The notes under the pieces were generated by a model. That model worked only from the letters and a program-made list of their open reading frames with translations. It searched no databases and was not told the origin of the DNA. A stretch of 64,000 bases of DNA from Hydrolagus colliei (Eukaryota): assembly GCA_035084275.1 (NCBI GenBank), contig CM068745.1:84506001-84570000 (forward strand), in the 5' to 3' direction. This document shows, piece by piece, positions 11,646-23,700 of the stretch. Numbering within the stretch: the stretch's first letter is position 1; each line of letters begins with the position of its first letter. Both the position numbers and the translations under genes were made by a program.

Positions 11646-11684
11646 CAGCCACGAAGAGGCAAAGGAGGGAGTGACATTTACCAG
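11646..11684 (+). CDS. CD247: CD3-zeta exon 7: (Q)PRRGKGGSDIYQ
   Basis: ctacctcAG(cAG) / GTagga; 39 or 36 nt; RRGKG motif typical of zeta. Confidence 0.93.
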
Positions 11685-12957
11685 GTAGGAAATGAGCTGT
11701 TTAGATACATGATTGGATCTGCTGGGTGCAAGGAAAGGACACCGGGACTACGCTACTCAAATAAGCAAGGTTCCTTTGCCTGTTGAAGGGCGGTGATGGA
11801 TGTTTTGTGGACCAGTGGTTCAGCGACTTTCCAGCAAGCAGCAGAAAGCAAATTCCCTTTAGAAAGGTTTAGAAAGGCAAGAGTTTCTGTTCCCAAAACC
11901 CACCCCTGAAACAACTACTTTTCCCCTGAATGGACAGCAAAGGTCTGGTCTACAGTAATTTGGTTCCCATGGTTACTAAAAGCCAAAGCTGGAAAGTAAC
12001 AAAACCCTTAATGCTGACCATAAATTATTGCACAGGCCAAATTAAAGCCATCTCTGCAATTGTTCTTCCATTTGCTCGAATGATCAAAGGAGAATTCTTT
12101 TCTAGCGTGTACTGAAGCCGCACAGACCTGCATAATAGATGATATTCTCCACTTTCCAAGCACGGTGAATTCCCATTCAGGAACCACTTTACTCAAACAG
12201 TCAGATTGTGACAATTATTTAGCGCAAATTATTCCAGGTTCGTTTCAATAATTCATAGACCGACCGGGTGTTGTGATTCGCCTCTAACCATAGACCTCAA
12301 CCAGAAATGACACTCGGCTCCGTCTCATTCCTGAGCAGCACTGAGCCCACCGTGTCTCGTGTGCGAGGAAAATGTCAGAAAGTGTACAATGTCTAATGCA
12401 GATTACGCCACGGCAACTCACTGGATGATCGCTGTCTAAAACTGCCCTGACCCCGGGGTACCTCTTAGTCAAAAGAAATGGCATCGTCACTGAAGCTTTT
12501 CATCATTGCTTCCTACCTCTTCTCCGTGTGGGAGAGAGTGCGAAATGCAATCAGCATTGAAGCAATAATATGAGAGACTATATTACGTGCAGGGGAGAGG
12601 GGTGGGGTGGGGGGGAAGGTGAGGTGGGGGGGTGGGATGGGGCGGGGAGTGGAGGGGGAATTGATATTGATCACTGATGACAATCCTTGCATACGAGATA
12701 GTGCCTTAAGAGGTCGTCAAAATGTCTCAATGAGATCTGTTAGGATACTGCTGTAAAACGTGGTGACGGTTTATTTTGAAGGCGAGTGCAGAAGTGAGTT
12801 TGCGCACAGCAGTGTCACACAATCAGCAACGACACGAATCAGCAGTTTTCTGTATTGGTTTGTCGGCCCGGACACCGGGAGAAACACCTTTCTAAATAAT
12901 ATATAATAATCTTTCCATGGGGGTGTTTAATGTCCACCTGAATACAGTACATAACAA

Positions 12958-13168
12958 ATGATCCTTGCCTTTGATATAGCGCCTTATCAGGTCTTCTAGA
13001 CATCTCAAAAGCGCTTCACAGAATATACTGCAAAGTGAACAGGCTGTACATTTGTGGGTAAAACACGGCAGCCAATGGCGCTCAGCGGTAACCCACAAAC
13101 AGTTGTGGATTGAATGACCAAATTATTATTGCTTTGTTTTTTGTCAGGGATTATTGTTAGGCATATGG
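12958..13168 (-). mobile_element. SINE 3' two-thirds, ending about 38 nt before CD247 exon 8 (a more decayed piece lies at about 12681-12840)
   Basis: atccttgc.tttgatatagcgc..gcgcttcacagaatatactg..tggattgaatgacc. Confidence 0.85.
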
Positions 13169-13206
13169 TATATACGCTTAATCCCGTATGTTTGTAATTT
13201 TTGCAG

Positions 13207-13284
13207 GGACTGAGCTCCGCTACACAAGATACCTATGACCGCCTGCAAATGCAGCCACTGCCGCCCCCTCCTCCTCGTCACTGA
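13207..13284 (+). CDS. CD247: CD3-zeta exon 8 (last coding): GLSSATQDTYDRLQMQPLPPPPPRH*
   Basis: tttttgcAG acceptor; completes ITAM3 YQGL-x7-YDRL; TGA at 13282-13284. Confidence 0.96.
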   Translation, partial: GLSSATQDTYDRLQMQPLPPPPPRH

Positions 13285-14742
13285 GATTCTGAGAACATTG
13301 TGGAAATATCGAGATGACCAACAATGGAAAAAGCTTTCATCGACTCAATTTCACCGGGACGAGAAGTCAATACTACTCGAGAAAAACATCCATACCAATG
13401 TCACCAGTGTTTGCATTCGCTAGGAAATCAGTTGTGTCCAGTTGTAGAAGGGTTTGTTTTCCAACTCGCAGTATCGTTCTGTGCCAAATTCTGTGGGCGT
13501 CCTTGCCCCCCGCTGTATCATAATATCGCTGATTTTGATGTGACTTGATCAAGATGAGGCAGGGGTTGCCTTGAATGTTTAAAATCTATTTCAAATATTG
13601 CTTTAGCATTTTTTGTATAAAGTCGTGATATAATGCAATGCTACTTCAGGCCCCCAAAATGGATGTAACTTTTAAAAGTAATAATAACAAAAATACAAAA
13701 ACCTGTAGATATACTTACAGTACATACTTTCAAACAGCCTCTGACAGAGCAACCTGGAATCAGAAAACAGTATTGGTTACAATCGTACCAATATGGCTAT
13801 TCATTGAAAGCAAAATGAGATGCGGTGTGAAAAGGTAAATTTGGATAGCGAATTACGGCAATAACAATAGAGGCAAGGAACACATTAAAATGTTGCAGAT
13901 AAGATCTTTTATAGTTGTACAAAATATAACCAACAAATAGTTTACCTCAGCTGTACATAATTTATTGCTACGCCCGAAGACTGGTTTTGAGAAAACCTCT
14001 GTGCAAAAAGTTGAGACTTCAGTACTGCGTGATGCTACTTATCAAAACTCCTATGCCTTCTGTGTGTATGTCTTTTTTATTATTCCACTAAAGAAACAAA
14101 TTACTTGGGAGTGAACATGATCAATCCCGGAAAGCTCTCCGCATCATACATAATAGAAGTGAATACAAGAACGCAGATAAACTAGAATCATTATATATAC
14201 GCTCTTGAGCAAAAAGGCTCCTGAAAGCATTACCAGAAAGCTTTTAAACGTGGGAAGCTTTTAAACGTGGGAAGTATTTATTTTACTCGACGGCCGGTGG
14301 CACTAAAAGCACCAAATTCCTCGGATTCAAATCCTCAGCGATAATTTTTAAATTCACACAATAGAGCTCACTGGTTACATGCTCGGCTTTACAATGAACT
14401 TGCAAAATAGTAATATTCTACCCATTATTTCTCACTTCGCAATTCATACGAAATTGACAAGTAGTTTTTTTTAAAAAATAAATCTTATTTTAATAATACA
14501 ACCCAGCCAGTGTTTTGAAGGTGCACTTATTCTTAAGTGTTGTTTCTGCATTATATGCCAATTTATACCACTGTCTCCTACACATTCAATGTGTCTCCCT
14601 GCATAACTTGAACAAACGTAACGGTTATTTGGCTTATCTGAAACAGTCATTCATTTCATCCGTGTTACACTACGGATAAACAATGATTGAATTAATCCAT
14701 CACATGTTCATCCAGCTTTTGTTTCTCCTTGTGGGAATTCTT

Positions 14743-14800
14743 GTTGGGACGTCCTCCCAATGTAAAAGGCGCTATATTGTTACTAATGTAATTTTGTTGT
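14743..14800 (+). mobile_element. L2 (family A) 3' tail
   Basis: ttgggacgtcctccc..tgtaaaaggcgctata..taattttgttgtt. Confidence 0.75.
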
Positions 14801-15997
14801 TCTTTTTTCAATGCTGTTCAAGTAATTAACTATAAACTACATTAGTGCCACTGTTGTCTTCAAGAATTATGAAATTGCCATTGGCATTCTAGCTACTTGG
14901 GAGGAAACGCCTTTCTTTTCTAATTGTAATGTGGACAGTGAACAGACAGTCTATCACTGTTTATATTGTAAATCTTTTATTTGGTGTCTGTTTCTCTCCA
15001 CATAAACCAGCTCGAATCTTGCTTTACAGCCCAATATATGGGGTGAAGATTCAATACCTCAAATCTGTCAAGAAACATCACAAATTTTTTTTACAACTGT
15101 GCCCGAAACAGTCGAGATCCATTCACGTGTCTTGGCTGCTTTCCTTTGCATTACATCCTTTTATTCCCCTTCTATTTACTCCGTTTTTATGTTTTACATT
15201 CTATCACGTCTGTTGGCGGTTTACCCAAAACGACTGTACTGTATATACAACCCAACTTGGGGGGGAGAACGATGTTTTGACGATGCCGTGTATTAGCGAT
15301 TTTGCTTTTTCTCCAACAAAAAAAGTTGCATTAGAATATTACTGTGATGCCATTCACTGCCACCAATTGTAGATGTCAGTGATTCAAATATTTCAGTACC
15401 ATACAGCGCTGGATATATCTTGCTGGAATATGGTATTCTTCTGCCCTTTAACTTTCTTCCAATTGTAGATCTCAGCGAGTCACTGATCTGGGCACTATTG
15501 GGTCCTGACCCGTTTGGATTGGTTGCATTGATCCGTGGATCCCGGTGGATCCTTTCCCGTTGAGACGCAGCGTGCAGAATTAGTAGCGTGGCAGCGATCG
15601 TTCGGTTTTTCGGTGTATACTCATCCACATTTCAAAGGCAAAAAAAAAAACGCAAAACGAGTGAGAAACATATTGGCTTTCGAGGGAAGTGGGAGTCCAC
15701 AGGGATCTCCGCAAATGGATAGCGAGTTCACTATCAGGAAAGCTGTGCGGAGTGAGCATGCAATGGCTTTGTAATGACAAGGCAATGCAGTGGAGGAAAA
15801 CAGAATGGGATAAGCATCAAGAGATCAATAAAATGAATACTGCCATAAACTGGCAGTAAACCAGAATTCAACTTACAGTGAATTCTGTAAGTTTATTTTA
15901 TGGAGGAATTTGTGGACCAAAAGTTGAGCAGCTTATTGGTTAAACATTGCTGTAAAAGTGCACTTCAATCTGTACCCTTACGCATTCTTGTTTGTCT

Positions 15998-16003
15998 AAT
16001 AAA
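15998..16003 (+). terminator. Candidate distal poly(A) signal of CD247 (other hexamers at 13884, 14477, 15827)
   Basis: AATAAA followed by GT/T-rich sequence, just before a repeat-filled block. Confidence 0.4.
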
Positions 16004-16369
16004 AGTGGTTTAGTATCGTTTGAATCATCATTGCTAAAGAATGTTTCTATGTCTTTGACAATGTTTTCCATTAACTGCTTTTTAATGTGTATTCAACAGC
16101 AACAACAAAATGACACCTGTATAGCGCCAGACTAAGTATGATACAATCCGTGTGACCCCCTCCCTTGTACTTCGTCACATTAAGCTAGGTTTTAGAAGGC
16201 GAATCCCCAACTAAGATTATTAATGGCAAATATTTTAAATGTTGACTATAAAAGTCATTAATTATAAAACGTTACCAGCTTCAGGCCATCAAAATTGTAG
16301 TGATCCCTACTTCAGGCCTGCTCGTTTACAATAGCCTTTAATATTTCTCAAGAATAACTTTTAATAGTT

Positions 16370-16994
16370 AGTTTGCAGGTATAGCAAACAACTAGGAAGG
16401 CTAATGGCACGTTGGCGTTCATCGCAAAAGGGTTGGAGTACAAAAGTAGGGAAGTCTTGGTGCAACTGTATAGTCTTGGTGAGACCGCACCTAGAATATT
16501 GTGTGCAGTTTTGGTCTCCTAATCTAAGAAAGGACATACTCGCCTTAGAGGGGATGCATTGACCTTTGAGGACATGTTAAGTAAACTAGGCTAATATTCT
16601 CTAGAATATAGATTCAGAGGTGATCTTACAGAAATCTATAAGATTTTTCTATGGCAAGAATAGACAGTGTGAGACTGTTTCCCCTGGTTGGAGAATCTAA
16701 AATCAGGGGTCAGTCTCAAGATTAAGGGTCAGCCTTTTCAAACTGAGTTAAGGAAACATTTCTTCACTGAGAGGGCAGTGAATTTATGGAATTCTCTACC
16801 CCAGAAGGCTGTCGATGCTCAATCCTTGAACATATTCAAGACTGAGATTGATAGTATTCTAAAGGAGGGATTAAGGGAGATAGGGATAGGGCGGGTAAAT
16901 GAAATTAGGTTAGAAGATCAGCCGTGATCTTATTAAATGGCGGGGCAGGCAGGAGGCCGAATGGCCTACTCCTGCTCCTATTTCCTGTGTTCTT
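16370..16994 (+). mobile_element. CR1 LINE 3' fragment
   Basis: [15 protein letters not shown]-like segment, RKHFFTERAVNLWNSLPQKAV, tail ccgaatggcctactcctgctcct. Confidence 0.92.
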
Positions 16995-17010
16995 AATAGA
17001 TTTTACTCAA

Positions 17011-17112
17011 ATTAATAATTCTTGCACTTGATATAGCACTGTATCAAGTCATTGAGACGTCTCAAAGTGATTCACGGAATATACCGCAAAGTGAATCGAC
17101 TGTACATTTTGT
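17011..17112 (-). mobile_element. SINE tail fragment
   Basis: ttcttgcacttgatatagcac..gagacgtctcaaag..aaagtgaatcgactgtac. Confidence 0.8.
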
Positions 17113-17734
17113 AATTTAAATTATTGTGTTCAGGCATTCAAACCGTTAAATTATACCTTCAATTTGAATGTGTTTCTCCCTTTCAGAAGGAAAGAAAGCT
17201 CCCTTCATGCTTGATCGGTTGAATCTTGGCTGTGCATTCATGGTTCAACCTTTAACACACAGTGGATTTGGTAATACAAAATGAGTAGAATTTAAGACAA
17301 GACGTATAACTTATCATTTCTGTGGAGGACACTATTGTATTTTATCCCCAGCCAGTCAGCTAACAGCCACATTTCAGCAATTGAAGTAGAAATCCCCGCA
17401 ATCCTCACGACCCAAGTTGAAAATAAGAAACATACTCACTGATCAGTTCTTTCCAAATTTGCTCAAATGGGGTCTACGTTGCTACCGGTTTCTGGATTGT
17501 GAAAAACGATTTTTTGTCGACAATAAACCACCACCGTCATTTACATTATAATCAAATACAACAGAATAGTGACACGAGGTAGCTGTACACAATACGATTA
17601 TTTTAAAGTCATTTTTATGTGAAATGAACTGAAAGGTCAACTAATCGCTATGTGATAAGTCTGTAGAAACTAAATTGACTGCAGAGAGGGGGAGAGAGAG
17701 AGAGAGAGAAACAGGAAATAACGGTTTCTCGTCA

Positions 17735-20700
17735 GCATTTGAAGTCAGATTTTTAATGAACAAGACGTCATTACAAAAATGAATACAAAATGATTAGATA
17801 AAATGACCACATTACAATACAAAAAATCTAGCTGCAATGGAATTCTCTCATGGCAGTTCTTCAAGACAGTTTTATCTGCAGTGACTCACTGTACAATGAA
17901 TATGAATTTGAAAAGAACGTTAAAAAGAGTACCTTAATGCAGACAGAAGCAAAATTGTTAAAGTTGCATTTTTAATACAATTGAGTTAGTATTCCATTGA
18001 TTAACAATAACTATCGCTGTGTATCTGGCTTGATAATAAATTAGGAAAATAAGATTTACTTGGGAATAGATTTTTTTTAAATTAAGGGGTTGGGGGGAAT
18101 AAATTAACACTTCTATGCTCAAATATTTATCCAATGTACAGCAGACCAGGCAAGTAGCCATTAGCATGACTTCAAAACCAGACACTATCGTATGTTAGTC
18201 TGAGAAAATGTGCAGTCATTTATTATCCATTTAAAAAAAAAAACATTTTTCTTTAAAAATCACAAGATAACCGTCACATTTTCACAGGAAAGCTTGCTCG
18301 CTTATTTATACTCTTCACCAGCTAGTTTTGGAGCAGTTTGTTTCATTTTCTGTGGTATGTGTATTCAAGCTCCTAGTTCCAATTCTAAATAGCTACTCAT
18401 CGTCTTCCATTGATTACTTTTCTAAGTGAAGCAATATGGGAAGCGCTCCATCCCGTCGAATAACAAACTACATTTATACAGGGCCTTTCACATCTTAAGG
18501 ACATCTCAAGGCTCTGGGTGCTGTTACCTTGACAAGTCAATTTTTTAAAAAAAATTGAGAATTCAATCAAAAGTTAAAAGATGAAATAGTAACTAGAAAG
18601 CACATAAAAGTGTTGTTGAAAAAACGGAAGTTACAATTTGGTAAATGGCTGTAGTATGACCAAAAGATATTTTGTCCATGAAATCTTCCACAAACTCCCA
18701 ACTTTGAGCTCAATAGTGCTGCTATTTACACTCGGATTAGATTAGTGGAAATTTGCATCTCCCCCACTGATTCGAATTATACATCGAAATTGTTCAACCT
18801 CTTTGAACGTTCCATTAATCGTTAACTTTTTTTTTAAAAAGTAAAAAATGTGATAGAATAGCATCGTTAAAATGTCGGTTAGGGATCACCTTGGCTTTCC
18901 TATTTGGTAACACTTAAAAAACTTACAAACTGCTTCAAAGTTGATGCTGTTCCAAAATATAGGGGGGGCAACAATCGTTCAAATGCTCAACCACTAATGA
19001 AGAGCTAAAATGTGCATTTTGATGAGCAATTTCTAGCTTGCGAGCCAGGAATTCTAATCCATTTTTCATGGTTATCAGTAGTATATTACAAGTCTCTTAA
19101 ACCTGCAAAAATTCATTTCAGTGGTTGTGGTTAAAAATTGGGTTTAAGGATTGAGGATGTGCAACTTTTTAAAAAAAAAAATAATAATAATTTTGATTGA
19201 AAAAACTAAAATGTGCAGCCAGGTCATGAAATCAGTAAACTAAGGAAGGGCTAAATATTCAGCAACAGAAATAACAAAAACACCATCAAATGTCTAAATT
19301 TGCCAAAGTGTAAAATTTAATATCCTGAAAGACTAGTTCTTAATTACAACTTTCCAATGGTTATTCGGTTAATCTTTGTACTTGAGCTAGAAACAATACT
19401 GTATATTTAATGTAAGTTTGTATGGTTATACCAGAACACAGCAATATACAAATCAATGCTTAACAATAATGCCTTACTGTTGCAATGTGTCAGTATACAA
19501 ATTCCAATGATGTGTGCATTCACACCGCAGTTTTATCGTTGGAATTTTTTTTTCAAACAACACACAACTTAATGTCACATTCCTGCTCACAACGCAAGGG
19601 TCGGAGCCATTTTAAGGTTTCCATCACCACTCTTTTATATTAAAAAAACATGCCTTTTATTGGTATGAAAAAATTCACAGTAAAACAATGCACAGCTGAA
19701 CACGACTTAAACTGAAATTGCTGTAATGGTGATAAACAAGACAAACTGCCGTGTTGATGTAACAATTCTGAATATTGGTGCTTCAAGAAGACTTCAGCGA
19801 AAGAAATCTGTAAGGTATTTGAAGTAATACAATTTGTTGACGTAAAGAGGTACACAGTAATTACTCGACTTAGCTTACAATGTTCTTTTCACTCCTCTCC
19901 AGTCCTCACTAGTCAGTTAATAGCTATCAAATGGATAAAATCATTGTAGCTTACATTTTTTTAATTAGACATGTTTGTTATGTTGCTTGCAAATCTAGTG
20001 CTGGTATTGATTTAAAACCACAATGACCATAAGCTATTTGGCAAAGGAAATCAATGTTTTTAATTTATGTAGACTTGTGAGACTAAACATTTGAATCATA
20101 TGAACAGTATTATAAAGTACTTTCCCTTAAACTAGTTAATTTCAGCTACAAATTGTATTACTTCCACTGCATGATTCACTGAATATTTCTCACGCCAACA
20201 TTGTTTAAAACTTGAGTGTTGTGTATTTTTTTGGGGGAAAAAATAGCAGAAATGTGTGGTAATGCTATAGGAAAACAGTCAAACTTTCCTTGAGAATTGT
20301 AAAATCACCACCCGAACCCCCAACTCTCCTGTTCAATCATAAGTCATTTGTTTTGTTTTAAATGTTAAGTTTAACATAAATACTCAAGATTCTCTACAAA
20401 CAACATTGCGAAACAAACATGTCCCAATAGTTAGGGGGCAGCAACTAGAAAATAGATCTGTTTATAGATCTGTTGAGAAAACATCCATTTTAGAGGTCAT
20501 TTTGATAAAGACACTGTATGGGAGCAATGGTGAGGTGAGGATCTGAATTACCAAAACACCACAGCTGCCAGAACACCAAAAGGTTTAATAGATGCTCAAG
20601 ATCAAATTAAATAATAAAAATGCAGCACAGTAGAGTGAAATTTGAATCACTTATTAAGGCCATGTGAAAGGACTGTTTGAACCAAATTAAAACTATTCTT

Positions 20701-23700
20701 GTAGCTGCCTTTGCATGCTGAATGAAGATCTATACACTTCCAAATAGAAAGAAAACAATTTAGAATGACAAGACTTTTACCGAAATTCCTCTGCAAAACC
20801 TCTCGTGCATATTAACGGTCTAACTGGAGGAATTGGGATTACGTACCCAGAGAGAGAAACAAGTTTTGTTGTCGAACGACAGGGAGTTTTAGTCTGCTAG
20901 ATCTTCGTGTCAGGTCATTCTTCAGTTACGTGATCCTTTATATCATTCCGTATACAATTATCATCAAGGAATTTGACTGCTTATTTCCCATGCAAAACAT
21001 TAAAGAGAATATCTCTATGATCCCGCTTTTGTGAATTGTGAGAAGCCTGCGAGATGCCTAGTCTCTACCGAAGCGTTATTCAATCACAACGTTTCACTTT
21101 TTGGGTGTGGGAATGTTTAAAGGGGCTATAGGTGTGTTTTATAAAAGGGACGAACGTGACCAATTAATGAAGACCAGTGTGCACAACCTTGAAAAAAATC
21201 CATCAAAGAGCAATCTCAAATTCCATGAGTTTGAAGCCTCAAGGAAGCTACCTTTCTGAGATAAGCTTCAAACCCTTTACGCATCACATAATCACAGGCA
21301 GCTGTCTTTGTTACCAAAAATCAGAATTTGTGTTAAGACTGGTTTAAAAACCTTCGGACCCCTATTCAGTGCAATTATTGTTCTGTAACGTGCTTGATAC
21401 CCAGTGTATACAGTGGAATCAACAAAGCAGGTGTCACATTTATGAAACTGGGAAAGAAAGAATTTGACTGCTCACATAATCCACCCAGTGTGCTGATTTT
21501 TGCAGTATGCTATGACTTTCCCCGAGTTCTGAAAATATTGGAATGAAATTCTTTGTTCTTTCCATTCAATACCGCCATTCAAATAATCGCAACTATCTTT
21601 GCGGATAGCTATGTTGGTGAAAACAGGATAAGTTTCACACCAATCAATTATGAAAGCAATATATCAACGGGTTGAGGTTCAGTGATTCACATCAAAGCTA
21701 GCATTGCAGCCAATTTCAGCTAATAGCTCATGTGTTTTTTTTGGTGCTGCGGGAACTTTAGTTTTTCACATTTACACCTTGCCCTGCAACATCAAGCTTT
21801 CGGTCTGCCGTTCTGAAAGCTGTGCTGGTAACCTTTAACTTTGTTGCAGCTGACTGGTCAGTTTTGGGGGGGGGGCTTTCTGAAACACTGCTTGGGATCC
21901 CAGCTCTACTCAAAAGTAGCAGCATTGATAGTGCAAAATATGCAAGTAGAACAAAGAGCCTCTGTAATGAATCTTTTAAGAAGTAGGGATATACTGTAGT
22001 AATCTTAATGGTAAATTAAACCCAAACTACAAAGTTGCCAGCACACGTCCGCTGATGGTATGAGCACATCTGACACTTGTAGAAGCAACATTTGCACTGG
22101 TAAAGGTCCGTCATCTCCAACCATCTTCCACAAGTTTGATTAAAAACCAGCATGTGTGTGTACACGCTCAATTATGGTGTTGTATTAAGGTGCACTGGAT
22201 ACAGGGGCGTCCGCAGGTTACTGTGATGCAGTCTTATTATATAAGGAATGTACCACCTTGTGTGGGAACAGTTCAATCCAGTTGAGGACTTTTACATTTG
22301 CACCCACTGAGCTGTTGCACATCTTCACTCAGATAGAATGAATGGGTTAATAAATTATGAAATTTACATTGCTTAGTAACAGTATCCCTCTTTTCTTGGT
22401 CCTACACAAAACGCATGTAAATGACCACCAAAAATCATATCTGCACACCATTTTAAATCAACGATAGCCGCAGTTAAAAATTTCAAATCAAAATTAAAAG
22501 TTTACAGAAATCGTTGCATAATGTAGTTACCGGGCTAACGTTTCAGAAGAGAAATGTTTACAGAAGTACGTTGTAGAATGGTCACACGTAGACTCTTGTT
22601 TTGTTGTTCTGGCCATCCACTGAAATGCACTTAAGAAAGTACCAAGTTCTCTTCCGACTTCTACCTTCTCCTTTAAAAGGCAGTTCAGTGGCAGTCTGAT
22701 CAGACAATGAAGAAGAATACCCTGAATCAAATTGACCAATATAAAATGCAGAAGGGGAAATAACCATACAATATTCATTTTGTAGATCTGCTCTAAAAAT
22801 ATGTAATATATGTCACCCGTTCCCAAAAACATTTTATCGTTGGTCTGTTGAAAATTGTAGGATTCATTTCTTCCTACTGAGGATACTCAAAATTATTGTG
22901 CTATGAATGAATGAGCTGGAATTTGCTTTTCATATTTAAAAAAACTCACGTAGATTTTGTTCATGCAGATATACATTTTTCATACATAAAAAGGAATACT
23001 GTATTGAAAAACTGCATTAAAAAAACACCTTCCAATAAATAGGGAGGTCACACACTTAAAGAACGTAAGCCTGCGGACGTCCAAAACTGGATATGTACAC
23101 TTGTAACTATGAACAACTAGGCAGTGAAAAACAGTTATGTTCTCACACACAAAGACACACCCAAAAACATACAAAAATACTATATCTTAAACTACCAAGT
23201 AAGACAATTTAATTTTTTTTTATCTCATGCCATGATTTAAGAGCAATACACTGAAACGAACAAGGATTTGACAACAAAAAAAAACTTTTATCCCAGAAAT
23301 ATACCAAAATATACATCTAAGCTTTGGAATTACTGAGGTTAGACTAATGCCTGCTGGGTAATTGCCTTTAATACACAATTCTAAGGTTGCGAAGAAGAAA
23401 TAAATCTTTGGTATCTGCATTAGGCGAATGTTAACATTTGGATTTTGCTTTGGGATAGAGCTTGTATGATCCTACAACCCCCCATGTAGTACTCAAAAAA
23501 AAATCACTGGACACAAAAAAATCCATCTTTCTCCACACAAAAGTACTCTGGAGTTTCTATCTAGCACAAGGTTGAGGAATATAATGCATAGTCGCACAGT
23601 GGTATTATGAAAAGAAGATGAAACCTTTGTAAGCAAGCTGCAACCTTTATAGTCCATTTTTCTTTTGCAAAATGAAACGGCAGCTTCCAGCCACTTCCAG

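Noticed and set aside
14238-14274. 17-bp tandem duplications (also 26997-27030)
   Set aside because: Ordinary slippage events with no further structure.
14929-15628. 147-aa (+) and 111-aa (-) ORFs downstream of CD247
   Set aside because: No homology recognised; composition typical of AT-rich non-coding DNA.
17355-17450. NSHISA-encoding segment as the CD3-eta homologue
   Set aside because: Weaker match than 23686-23706 (SHFQPV) and a poor acceptor context.
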